Of a DNA stretch of 64,000 nt, positions 44,690 to 53,417 are shown piece after piece. Source of the DNA: Gammaproteobacteria bacterium (GTDB taxonomy: Bacteria > Pseudomonadota > Gammaproteobacteria > JBCCGL01); contig OZ255836.1 in assembly GCA_965277715.1 (NCBI GenBank), forward strand, positions 1,856,001 to 1,920,000. The letters run 5' to 3'. Numbering within the stretch: the stretch's first letter is position 1; every line of letters starts with the position of its first letter. The notes below the pieces were generated by a model, which searched no databases, was not told where the DNA came from, and saw nothing but the letters and a program-made list of their open reading frames with translations. Made by a program: the position numbers and the translations under genes.

Positions 44690-44731
44690 GCTTTCGAGAT
44701 TGTGCGCTTACTGTAAGGGCGACTTGTACAC
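44690..44731 (-). pseudogene. intI: Integron integrase N-terminal remnant
   Basis: AAGGA RBS, GTG-YKSP, then in shifted frames YSKRTI and ES, matching the IntI N-terminus KSPF...YSxRTIxxY; divergent from attI; cut at GGGGGTCA. Confidence 0.6.
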
Positions 44732-44741
44732 GTATAAATCC

Positions 44742-44770
44742 TTGTAAAGCAGAGAGTGTTATATGATAAT
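44742..44770 (+). promoter_or_regulatory. Putative cassette promoter Pc
   Basis: TTGTAA-N17-GATAAT pointing into the array. Confidence 0.5.
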
Positions 44771-44913
44771 CCAAAACCAAAATTTTAGGGAGTCGTTCCA
44801 GCATTTTTTTGTCTGTTATTTGCGATTTTTGTAGGGTTTTGTCATATTAATCAATGTTTTAGTGTGTCTTTGTGAGCTCAGTCTCGCAAAATTATCGCGA
44901 TTCCACATAATAT

Positions 44914-44953
44914 TGTTATCGAGGATTCGTTCCTCGATAACAGGCTGTTAGCT
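44914..44953 (+). other. Putative attI site
   Basis: CGATAAC-N5-GTTAGCT simple site; GTTAGCT is complementary to AGCTAAC at the end of cassette 1. Confidence 0.7.
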
Positions 44954-44987
44954 GTAATCAAGTCAAATACCGATTCATGGTTTAACT

Positions 44988-45839
44988 ATGGAAAGATCAG
45001 CAATTTATTTAGATAGTAATGTTGTAATCGATACAATTGAGGGACGTGATGACGAGCTAATGGGATTATTGTTCCGCAGCTTATATCTTGGGCCTTATTG
45101 CTACCCTTTTTCTGCAGAGTTGGTTGGAGAAATTACTGACTTGGATAGAGAAGAGCGCAACCAAGCTCGGTTAATGTATGTAGAAGACCTTAGTAAAAGA
45201 GTTTATTTTGAAAACTCTTTTACTAATATCGGTTTTAGGACTGTGCGCCCGCAAGAGGTTTTTGCAACGATTAATGACGTTGATATCGGTATCGATTTTA
45301 ACGATACCTTTGCAAATATGATTTCATTTGACCAAGTTTTAGAGCTGCGAAAAGCTTACAACTTAGATCCTGACTCACTAAACAATATGAAACCACGTGA
45401 GGCTCTCACCTACATAGATAATGCGCTTGAAAACTATGAATACGAAGTCGCAGAAGGAGCACCGAATCCTCCAAGAAGTATGAAGGATATGATATCTACG
45501 GTGTCAGCTATCTGTGAGGAAAGCTTTAAAAATGTTGGAGAAGGGCTCGGTACAAAAGCCGAGCATGATGCGAGTAAAAAGGATTTGGTAATGTTTTTTT
45601 CTTTGCTAGATAGCTTTGGATATTGGGGCGATCCAAGAAAGAAATATAAAAGGGGTTCCAGGTTGGTAGATGCACAACATGCTCTAGTTGGTTCTTACTT
45701 TAGCGCAATTGTTTCTAGAGATCCTCACTTTGTCCGTAAAGCAGAAGCTGCTTACGAGTATATGGGTATTACTACAAAGGCTTATACTACGGATGAGTTC
45801 AAACAACATTTATTTGGCATTTTAAGTGGCAGCAGCTAA
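44988..45839 (+). CDS. Integron cassette 1: PIN-like domain protein
   Basis: IYLDSNV near the N-terminus and DAQH...IVSRD near the C-terminus; the stop codon lies in the attC inverse core. Confidence 0.7.
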   Translation: MERSAIYLDSNVVIDTIEGRDDELMGLLFRSLYLGPYCYPFSAELVGEITDLDREERNQARLMYVEDLSKRVYFENSFTNIGFRTVRPQEVFATINDVDIGIDFNDTFANMISFDQVLELRKAYNLDPDSLNNMKPREALTYIDNALENYEYEVAEGAPNPPRSMKDMISTVSAICEESFKNVGEGLGTKAEHDASKKDLVMFFSLLDSFGYWGDPRKKYKRGSRLVDAQHALVGSYFSAIVSRDPHFVRKAEAAYEYMGITTKAYTTDEFKQHLFGILSGSS

Positions 45840-45947
45840 CAAAGCTGTCATAGGGACATTTTTTGCTTCGCTCCGTTTTGGGGTGGCTTCGCCACTTTAC
45901 CCCAAAACTCCACTACACAAAAAATGCCCCATACAGAGGCGTTAAGG
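45834..45947 (+). other. attC site 1
   Basis: AGCTAAC...imperfect palindrome (gttttgggg/ccccaaaac)...GTTAAGG. Confidence 0.9.
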
Positions 45948-46254
45948 TACACCAGCACTAAAAGCATTTAATCCCAAAAGTAAATAGCAGGCCCAAAGAA
46001 ATAAATATTAAAATACGCTCAAAATTGCATGCCACTGGTTTTGTTCTTGCTGCCAAACTTGAGCAAAATATAAGCATCAACTTTATGGTTTCAGTTGTGG
46101 TTGCCATTAAGAGAGTATAATTTTCGTGGCAAGTTTAACGCTTTTACTTTGTTCGTTCACGTAAGTTCAACGCGTAAGTAAAGCAAACACTCTTGCTATT
46201 ACACAAACTAAGCTGGCTTCGTCACACTCATTTTGTCGGTGTTCACGGGTGCCA

Positions 46255-46363
46255 CCTTAACCAAGCCATCGTGGCCGACCTAGGTAAACTGTCGTCTTTT
46301 TATGCACGCTTCGCGGCAAAAAAGCCGCCAGTTTACCTAGGCGCCACATGGCAGGCGTTAGAA
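46255..46363 (+). other. attC site 2
   Basis: CCTTAAC...cctaggtaaactg/cagtttacctagg...GTTAGAA. Confidence 0.92.
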
Positions 46364-46376
46364 CTCAGAGTACCCC

Positions 46377-46766
46377 ATGAATACATATCAAATAATAGAC
46401 ACTATCGAGAAACTGGAAACAAGGGTCAATAGCTATTGGAACTTCTACACCGTTGTAGTTCTGGCGGTTGTTGGTTGGGTCATAACTGAAGGGCTAGATT
46501 ACAGACAGTCAATAACAGTGTTCATTTCAAATTTTATTTTTTTTCTAATGAACTTGGTGCTAATTTTCGTTACTACTAAACAAATACTGGCATTTGAAGA
46601 AGATCTGAAGTTAATGATTGTTAACGAGCTTGCTGAAGAGTCTTTCATAAGAAAGTTTTTCAGCAAACGGAGGTTTTGGAAAAGATTGGAGTTTTCTTTT
46701 GTTCTTCATATTTCTGTGGATATAGCGCTATTTTATATGGTTCTTAAGTCCGGAGGGATTTTGTAG
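46377..46766 (+). CDS. Integron cassette 3: small membrane protein
   Basis: 129 aa, about 3 TM segments, between attC2 and attC3. Confidence 0.75.
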   Translation: MNTYQIIDTIEKLETRVNSYWNFYTVVVLAVVGWVITEGLDYRQSITVFISNFIFFLMNLVLIFVTTKQILAFEEDLKLMIVNELAEESFIRKFFSKRRFWKRLEFSFVLHISVDIALFYMVLKSGGIL

Positions 46767-46841
46767 CTAACTCTCTGAACCAGCAGGCCTGGTGTAAGAT
46801 TGTTGGTAAGAAATCGCTAATATGTTTATATTTAAATTCCA

Positions 46842-46950
46842 TTCTAACCAAGCCATCGTGCCGACCTACATAAACTGTCTTCTTTATTTGCACGCTTCGC
46901 GGCAAAAAAGCTGCCAGTTTATTCCGGCTGGCACATGGGCGGCGTTATAA
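46842..46950 (+). other. attC site 3
   Basis: TTCTAAC...GTTATAA; close relative of attC2. Confidence 0.92.
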
Positions 46951-46956
46951 CGGTGT

Positions 46957-47280
46957 ATGAAGTATTCAACATTACTAGAATGGGCAGCAAAACCGGTAAC
47001 CGATGAAAATAAACAGTTCATTGATGAATGGTTTTCACGGCTCGATTCAAAGGCAGAGCTTGATGATCTAGCTATTTGGCTAGCTAAATCATTTGTTGCT
47101 GGCGAGGTCAGGTATGACATTGCAAATGTATTGTTTAATCAAATTATGCCGGTTGTCGGGTTTGAAGAGGCACCCAAAATATTTTGGATATTTTATAGCG
47201 CATTTGAAGACTTTGAATTTTCAGAAAAACCTGATGAAGATGCTGTGGGTAGAATTCGGAGTGAACTTGCAAGGTTATAA
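46957..47280 (+). CDS. Integron cassette 4: hypothetical protein
   Basis: 107-aa acidic protein; ATG 7 bp after the core site, stop within TTATAAC. Confidence 0.75.
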   Translation: MKYSTLLEWAAKPVTDENKQFIDEWFSRLDSKAELDDLAIWLAKSFVAGEVRYDIANVLFNQIMPVVGFEEAPKIFWIFYSAFEDFEFSEKPDEDAVGRIRSELARL

Positions 47281-47385
47281 CAAACGGCTCAAATTGACCT
47301 ACACTGCGTTGCTCGTTTTGTGCTTTTCCGCTACGCTAGCACAAAACAATCAACTCCGTTCCGGCAACTTAGCCGGGCGTTAGGG
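47275..47385 (+). other. attC site 4
   Basis: TTATAAC...gttttgtgct/agcacaaaac...GTTAGGG. Confidence 0.9.
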
Positions 47386-47416
47386 TTTGGAACAAAAAAC
47401 TAGTAGACGAGAAATA

Positions 47417-47496
47417 ATGACCAATAAGAAGAAAGTTCAAATTGAAAGAGAGCGCCCTTTTTCACCACACCATATGTTACTTGGTGCTGCAAGACT
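47417..47496 (+). pseudogene. Integron cassette 5 ORF, truncated
   Basis: MTNKKKVQIERERPFSPHHMLLGAAR runs into the AAAAGGGGTCA end; no attC follows. Confidence 0.65.
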
Positions 47497-48533
47497 AAAA
47501 GGGGTCAATCTTATTTAATATTTTCAAAATAGTATAAATTTAAACGATACCTAGACCTACTCGAATACAATACGAAAATGCCTACTACCACGTTATGAAT
47601 CGTGGCAAAGCCAGACAGACCATCTTTCATGGCGAAATTTACTACCAGGCATTTCTACAAACGCTCGATGAAGCACATAAACGCTTTGATGCCTGCATCC
47701 ACGCTTACTGTTTGATGAGTAATCATTATCATCTATTGATCGAAACCCCTCGTGCTAATCTGGATCGCATCATGCGACATATCAATGGTATCTACACACA
47801 ACGCTACAACCTTAGACGCACGGATGGGCCTCTTTTTCGCGGTCGTTATAAAGCGATTATTGTGGATGCAGACGACTACTTATTACCCTTAAGCCGTTAC
47901 ATTCATCGTAACCCAATAGAAGTAAAGGGTGTAACAGCGGATAAGCTCGATACCTATTCCTGGTCGAGTTACCACGCTTACATCAACCAAGCCAAAGCAC
48001 CGGAATGGTTGTATCGAGAGGCAACCTATAGTGCACTCGGTGCTAAACAACGTTACGTTGCTTATAAGACATATGTTGGTCGAGGTATTGATGAGGACAT
48101 TAGCCGTTTTTATAACAAAGGCAATGTGGCGACGATACTGGGTGACAAATCCTTCAAGACGTATATTGCCGAAAACCGGGAGTCGATGCACATATCGGGG
48201 GACTTGTCCCGTATTGTGACGGACAAGCCAAAGGGTGCAGCTATAGTCGATGCAGTGGCAGCGGTGTTTGGCGTTAACGCGAGTGATGTACTTACGCGAC
48301 AGCGGGGGAGACAACGGGCGAATCTGCCTCGTAAAGTAGCGATATATTGTTGTCAGCAATTGGGAGATATGCCGTTAAAAACGCTGGTTGATATATTTGG
48401 ATATAGTCGTGTTAGTAGCCTTTCTCCTGCAACTGATTATGTAAAGAGTGGGCTGTCAGACGGCAGCTTGAAGGGCGTGTTTGAGCAGGTTTGCAACCGT
48501 TTGAAAAATATTAAATACGATTGACCCCTTTTT
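47497..48533 (+). mobile_element. Y1/RAYT-like element, copy D (complete, ~33-bp terminal inverted repeats)
   Basis: Left aaaaggggtcaatcttatttaatattttcaaa; right tttgaaaaatattaaatacgattgacccctttt. Confidence 0.9.
47547..48524 (+). CDS. Y1 HUH transposase (REP-associated tyrosine transposase-like) with C-terminal HTH
   Basis: PRPTRIQYENAYYHVMNRG, YCLMSNHYHLL (HUH), GPLFRGRY and RYIHRNP (Tyr) motifs. The expected start codon reads ATA at 47547; first ATG is 47595. Confidence 0.9.
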   Translation: MPRPTRIQYENAYYHVMNRGKARQTIFHGEIYYQAFLQTLDEAHKRFDACIHAYCLMSNHYHLLIETPRANLDRIMRHINGIYTQRYNLRRTDGPLFRGRYKAIIVDADDYLLPLSRYIHRNPIEVKGVTADKLDTYSWSSYHAYINQAKAPEWLYREATYSALGAKQRYVAYKTYVGRGIDEDISRFYNKGNVATILGDKSFKTYIAENRESMHISGDLSRIVTDKPKGAAIVDAVAAVFGVNASDVLTRQRGRQRANLPRKVAIYCCQQLGDMPLKTLVDIFGYSRVSSLSPATDYVKSGLSDGSLKGVFEQVCNRLKNIKYD

Positions 48534-48580
48534 GGAGTCAAAAACGAGCGTGCGTCTTTTACCTGGTAGGGCTTGGCTTC

Positions 48581-49459
48581 TTAGCGCATACCACGCAAAG
48601 CCACCCACACACCCGACAATACCAATATCGACGCCAGGACAAAATAGGTATCGATATATTCATTCAACAACACCCAGGCCAGCACCACACCAGAGACCGG
48701 TTGCAGAAACTGAAACAACCCTACCCGTTCGATTCCCCCCTTGCCCAGCGCCCAATACCAACACATATAACCGACAATAGTGACCCCAACGGCGAGATAA
48801 GCCAGCCCCAGCCAGGCCTCGGTCGCAACGGCGTTAAGCGCAGCCGTGTCAGTAATCAACGGCAGGACCAGTAACAGTGGTAATGCATAGAGCGCGGCAC
48901 CCCAAAATGTAGTGCCCACCGCCGGGTAACCCTGTTGTTGCAAACGCCCCCCGGCCACATAACCCAGCGAGGCAAAGAGATTTGACGCCAACACCAATGT
49001 ATCACCGTAAACACTCGCGCCCGCATCACCCGCACTTCCCGGGCTGCTAATCAGTAAAAACTCGCCTGCCAGGGCAATCGCGCACCCCAGCCACCAGCGC
49101 GATTGCAATCGACGCCTATTCCAAGTCGCCGCGATTGCACCGGTAAACACAGGCAATGCCGCGAGAATCATCGATGCGTGATTTGCCGATGTATGCGCCA
49201 GCCCCCAAGTAAACAACAGCGGAAAACCAACAAAGCCGCAAAAACCGGACAGCAATAACAAATAGCGCTGCCGTGCAGACGATGGCAAGGGAATACGCAA
49301 CATCAAAGCCAACGGCAACGCCACCAAACCACCCAGCGCAGTGCGCAGCACAGCCACGGTCAGCGGCGCCATCGTCGCCACCGATATTTTCGCCGCCACT
49401 GCGGAGCCACCCCATATCACCACAGCGGCCAGCGCTGCCAGAACCACCGTTAAGTGCAT
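48581..49459 (-). CDS. DMT/EamA family transporter
   Basis: About 10 TM segments in two EamA repeats. Confidence 0.92.
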   Translation of the reverse strand: MHLTVVLAALAAVVIWGGSAVAAKISVATMAPLTVAVLRTALGGLVALPLALMLRIPLPSSARQRYLLLLSGFCGFVGFPLLFTWGLAHTSANHASMILAALPVFTGAIAATWNRRRLQSRWWLGCAIALAGEFLLISSPGSAGDAGASVYGDTLVLASNLFASLGYVAGGRLQQQGYPAVGTTFWGAALYALPLLLVLPLITDTAALNAVATEAWLGLAYLAVGVTIVGYMCWYWALGKGGIERVGLFQFLQPVSGVVLAWVLLNEYIDTYFVLASILVLSGVWVALRGMR

Positions 49460-49594
49460 AAAAATTCCCCGGTTAATTGATACGGTATGATACTGGGCAT
49501 TGGGTACTGAAAGTCCCGGTTTAGATAGCGAATGTGTATAAAACCCATCTCAAACTACCAATACGTTTTCTAGGATAATGCACCGCAACCATCC

Positions 49595-49719
49595 AACCTA
49601 AATTCCGCAGTTGAGTCGTAGCGAGGGCGTCTAAGGTGCTGAAGCTGAAATCCTGGTAAAAGCACTTTAGATTCTGTGCACTAGGTGGTCGCAGTAGATT
49701 CAACTGAGGAATTCAGGTT
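49595..49719. mobile_element. MITE-like element with 23-bp inverted repeats
   Basis: aacctaaattccgcagttgagtc / gattcaactgaggaattcaggtt (20/23 match); related ends at 41219 and 54713. Confidence 0.7.
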
Positions 49720-49906
49720 CAACAACCCCCTTATCGCCCGGCCATGCCTCACCTTCCAGGTGCTTGCCAACGCACCTGAAAAAGACTCCAGAGGCGGATT
49801 CAACGACGGCTTTTAAATCGAAAGCCCCCGCTGTCGAACACCCAGCGCGTCAGCTATACTGAATTACTCTCAAACACCCTGCAAAAAAACCACCCCGGAA
49901 CCCGCT

Positions 49907-51586
49907 ATGGACCAAAGCCATGAGCAGCAATTTCTCCACGATTTAGAAAAAAAACTGTGGACCAGCGCCAACAAACTACTCCCCTCACTCGACGCCAGCC
50001 AATACAAACACGTACTGCTTGGCCTGATATTTATCAAATACGTATCAGACGCCTTTGACCTCCGGCGTGCCGGGCTAAAAGACCAACTGCAAGACCCGGA
50101 TCACGACTACTACTTAGACCCAGAAGATTTTGGTGGCCGTGAGAGCCAGGCGTATAAAACCGAAATTCAAACCGAGCTGGAAGTGCGGGACTATTACCGG
50201 GAAACCAACACCTTCTGGGTGCCAGCCCCCGCACGCTGGAAATTTTTACAAAACCAAAACAAAACCGTCATCACCGGCGAACTTGAAATTGGCCAGGGCA
50301 GGCAAAAGAAAAAAATCCGCAGCGTGGGCCAGCTTATCGACAACGCCCTGGAAACCATCGAGGCCGATAACCCCAAACTCAACGGCGTGCTCAACAAACG
50401 CTATACCCAACTGCAAATCGACCAGGCCAAATTGGGCGAATTGATCGACCTTATCGCCACCATTCCCTTCACCCACGCCAGCCTCAACGCCAAAGACATC
50501 CTCGGCCATGTCTACGAATACATGCTTGGCCAGTTCGCCCTGGCCGAGGGTAAAAAAGGCGGCCAGTTCTACACACCAAAATCCATCGTCAGCCTTATTG
50601 TACAAATGCTCGAACCCTTCAAAGGCCGCGTCTACGACCCCGCCATGGGTTCCGGTGGTTTCTTTGTGCAATCAGAAAACTTCATCACCGCCCACAAAGG
50701 CACCATGGGCAACGTCAGCATCTACGGGCAGGAAGCCAACCACACCACCTGGCAACTGGCCGCCATGAACATGGCAATAAGAGGCATCGACTTCAACTTT
50801 GGTAAACAACCCGCCAGCACCTACACCAACGACCAACACCCCGACTTACGCGCCGACTTCGTTATGGCCAACCCACCGTTCAACATGAAAGAGTGGGACG
50901 CCGGTGTCAGCGACGACGACCCGCGTTGGCAATACGGCACACCACCATCCGGCAACGCCAACTTCGCCTGGCTGCAACACATGCTCTACCACACCGCACC
51001 CAACGGCAGCGTCGGCCTATTGTTAGCCAACGGTTCCATGAGCTCCAACAGTTCAGGTGAAGGCGATATACGCAAGACACTGATCGAAGCAGACCTGATC
51101 GAGTGCATGGTCGCCCTGCCCGGCCAGTTATTTACCAATACCCAAATCCCCGCCTGTATCTGGTTCTTAACCAGGAATAAAAATAAGCGCACCAGTGCCG
51201 CAGGCAGAAAACTACGCACCCGCAAAGGTGAAATATTATTTATCGATGCCCGCAACCTCGGGTACATGAAAGACCGCGTACTGCGCGACTTCACCCAAGA
51301 TGACCTAAACCAAGTGACAGAGACATTCCACCACTGGCAGATAGGTGAGGGATATGCTGATATTGCGGGGTTTTGCCGCAGCGCCGGTTTAGAAGAAATT
51401 CAAAAACACGATTATGTACTCACCCCTGGGCGTTATGTTGGTGCCGCTGCCGAAGAAGATGATGGTGAACCCTTTGCCGATAAAATGGCGCGGTTAACCG
51501 CGACTTTAAAAATTCAGTTTGAGGATTCTGATCGTTTGGAAGCTGAGATTAAAAAGAACTTGGCGGGGTTGGGTTTCGATGTCTGA
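49907..51586 (+). CDS. hsdM: Type I RM methyltransferase subunit M
   Basis: GQFYTP, YDPAMGSGG, ANPPFN and LTPGRYVG motifs. Confidence 0.97.
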   Translation: MDQSHEQQFLHDLEKKLWTSANKLLPSLDASQYKHVLLGLIFIKYVSDAFDLRRAGLKDQLQDPDHDYYLDPEDFGGRESQAYKTEIQTELEVRDYYRETNTFWVPAPARWKFLQNQNKTVITGELEIGQGRQKKKIRSVGQLIDNALETIEADNPKLNGVLNKRYTQLQIDQAKLGELIDLIATIPFTHASLNAKDILGHVYEYMLGQFALAEGKKGGQFYTPKSIVSLIVQMLEPFKGRVYDPAMGSGGFFVQSENFITAHKGTMGNVSIYGQEANHTTWQLAAMNMAIRGIDFNFGKQPASTYTNDQHPDLRADFVMANPPFNMKEWDAGVSDDDPRWQYGTPPSGNANFAWLQHMLYHTAPNGSVGLLLANGSMSSNSSGEGDIRKTLIEADLIECMVALPGQLFTNTQIPACIWFLTRNKNKRTSAAGRKLRTRKGEILFIDARNLGYMKDRVLRDFTQDDLNQVTETFHHWQIGEGYADIAGFCRSAGLEEIQKHDYVLTPGRYVGAAAEEDDGEPFADKMARLTATLKIQFEDSDRLEAEIKKNLAGLGFDV

Positions 51587-52940
51587 TTGGCCAATTGTTC
51601 AATTGAATGAGATTGTTGAAATAACCTCAAGCAAACGAGTTAAAAGAGTGGATTATGTTGAAGATGGCGTGCCATTTTTTAGATCGAAAGAAGTAATAGA
51701 ACGCTCCAAGGGTAACGATATATCCACAAAGTTATTCATCAAAGAAGATCACTTTCAAAAAATCGAAGAAAAATTTGGAGCCCCTTTAGTGGGGGATATT
51801 TTATTAACTTCTGTTGGCACTTTGGGTGTTCCATACCAAGTACAAACGAGAGATAGGTTCTATTTTAAAGATGGAAACCTAACTTGGTTCAGAAATTTTA
51901 GTGAAAGAGTGAATCCCAAGTTTTTATTTTACTGGCTGACATCTCCTATAGCTAAGCGAAAGTTTGATGAAATCACGATTGGCTCGACTCAAAAAGCGCT
52001 TACTATTGTTGCTCTAAAGTCTTTAGACCTGCAGCTGCCTCCAATAAACATTCAGGATGGTATTGTTAAAATTTTAGATGCATTGAATGAAACGCTTACT
52101 AATAACCGCCAAACTAACCAAACCCTCGAACATATCGCCCAAGCCATCTTTAAAAGCTGGTTTGTCGATTTCGAACCCACTCGCGCCAAAATCGCCGCCA
52201 AACAAACAAGTCAAGACCCTGAACGCGCTGCTATGGCGGCCATCAGTGGCAAGGCGTTAGACGAACTTGATCAACTCAACCCAAAACAACTGGAACAACT
52301 CCAAGCCACTGCTGCTTTGTTTCCTGATGCGTTCGTTGATTCTGAGTTGGGTGAAATACCGGAGGGGTGGGATGCCTCAACGCTTGGTGAACATTTCAAC
52401 GTAGTTATGGGGCAATCCCCAACAGGCGATACTTATAATGAAGATGGTCAGGGCATGTTATTTTTTCAAGGACGTAGGGATTTTGGTTTTAGATACCCAA
52501 TGCCGCGAGTTTATACAACTAAACCAAAACGGCTGGCTAAGGCCGGGGATACGCTAATAAGTGTCAGAGCCCCAGTAGGTGACAGGAATATGGCCGCTCA
52601 AGAATGTTGTCTTGGTAGAGGAGTTGCCAGTATTAGGCATAAGTCAGAAGCAAGAAGCTTCACTTATGCATTTATTGGACACATAGAGAAGAACCTAAGC
52701 GATAGTGGTTCTGACGGCACGGTATTCAACTCTATCAATAAAAACGAACTAGGGGCCGTAGGATTTGTCGCACCACGTAGTAATTTATTGAATTTTTTTG
52801 AAGATAAGATTAAATCAATAGACCAACACATTGAAGTTAATTCGATAGAGATCAGGGTTCTTAAAAAGTTGCGTGATACGTTATTACCAAAACTCCTTTC
52901 TGGGAAATTTGCCATACAATCACCCCAAACAGAATTATAG
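51579..52940 (+). CDS. hsdS: Type I RM specificity subunit S
   Basis: Two TRDs; IAQAIFKSWFVDF, SELGEIPEGW and LRDTLLPKLLSG motifs; ATG 51579 overlaps hsdM. Confidence 0.96.
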   Translation: MSDWPIVQLNEIVEITSSKRVKRVDYVEDGVPFFRSKEVIERSKGNDISTKLFIKEDHFQKIEEKFGAPLVGDILLTSVGTLGVPYQVQTRDRFYFKDGNLTWFRNFSERVNPKFLFYWLTSPIAKRKFDEITIGSTQKALTIVALKSLDLQLPPINIQDGIVKILDALNETLTNNRQTNQTLEHIAQAIFKSWFVDFEPTRAKIAAKQTSQDPERAAMAAISGKALDELDQLNPKQLEQLQATAALFPDAFVDSELGEIPEGWDASTLGEHFNVVMGQSPTGDTYNEDGQGMLFFQGRRDFGFRYPMPRVYTTKPKRLAKAGDTLISVRAPVGDRNMAAQECCLGRGVASIRHKSEARSFTYAFIGHIEKNLSDSGSDGTVFNSINKNELGAVGFVAPRSNLLNFFEDKIKSIDQHIEVNSIEIRVLKKLRDTLLPKLLSGKFAIQSPQTEL

Positions 52941-52955
52941 AAGGCAGTTTAAAAA

Positions 52956-53000
52956 ATGGACTTCTCAGATTACATCATCTTTGTGAATGAAAGCGACACC
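52956..53000 (+). pseudogene. N-terminal remnant of a DUF3800-like gene
   Basis: MDFSDYIIFVNES resembles the FSDYIxxVDESG start of DUF3800 proteins; runs into a repeat. Confidence 0.5.
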
Positions 53001-53025
53001 AACCTCACAGATAAACAGAAAATAT

Positions 53026-53380
53026 ACCAGAGGCACAACCTCACACTACCAGCAATCAGCGTCAGCCCACTTTCCACAGAAACAGTTGGCGTACTACAGC
53101 ATTAATTAGCAAGGTATGCTCACCGCCTGTACCGCACTCATTTTCAGCCCTAAAGAAACTCAGGATAGTCAAGGCAATATATGAGCCTGGTTAGATATTA
53201 CTTGCAGTGCGCATAGACAGTGCTAATAAGAACACTAATCTTTAGCGCACTGGACATCGAGAGAGGTACAAGATACAAGGGATACAGGAGCTAGAGCAAC
53301 GCAGGAGCAGTTGCCGGGGAGCAGTAGCTTGGCTCTGCAAAGCGCAAAGAAAAACACCAAAGTAACGCGAGTGAAACCCA
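53026..53380 (+). repeat. Composite intergenic repeat, copy 3 (left arm, empty site, middle, partial unit, right arm)
   Basis: Shares segments with 5281-5440 and 7381-7582. Confidence 0.85.
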
Positions 53381-53417
53381 ATACCCCTACACTACTCACA
53401 CAAAAAAACAAAACCCA

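Noticed and set aside
46193-46432. 79-aa ORF
   Set aside because: It runs across attC2 and overlaps the cassette 3 gene.
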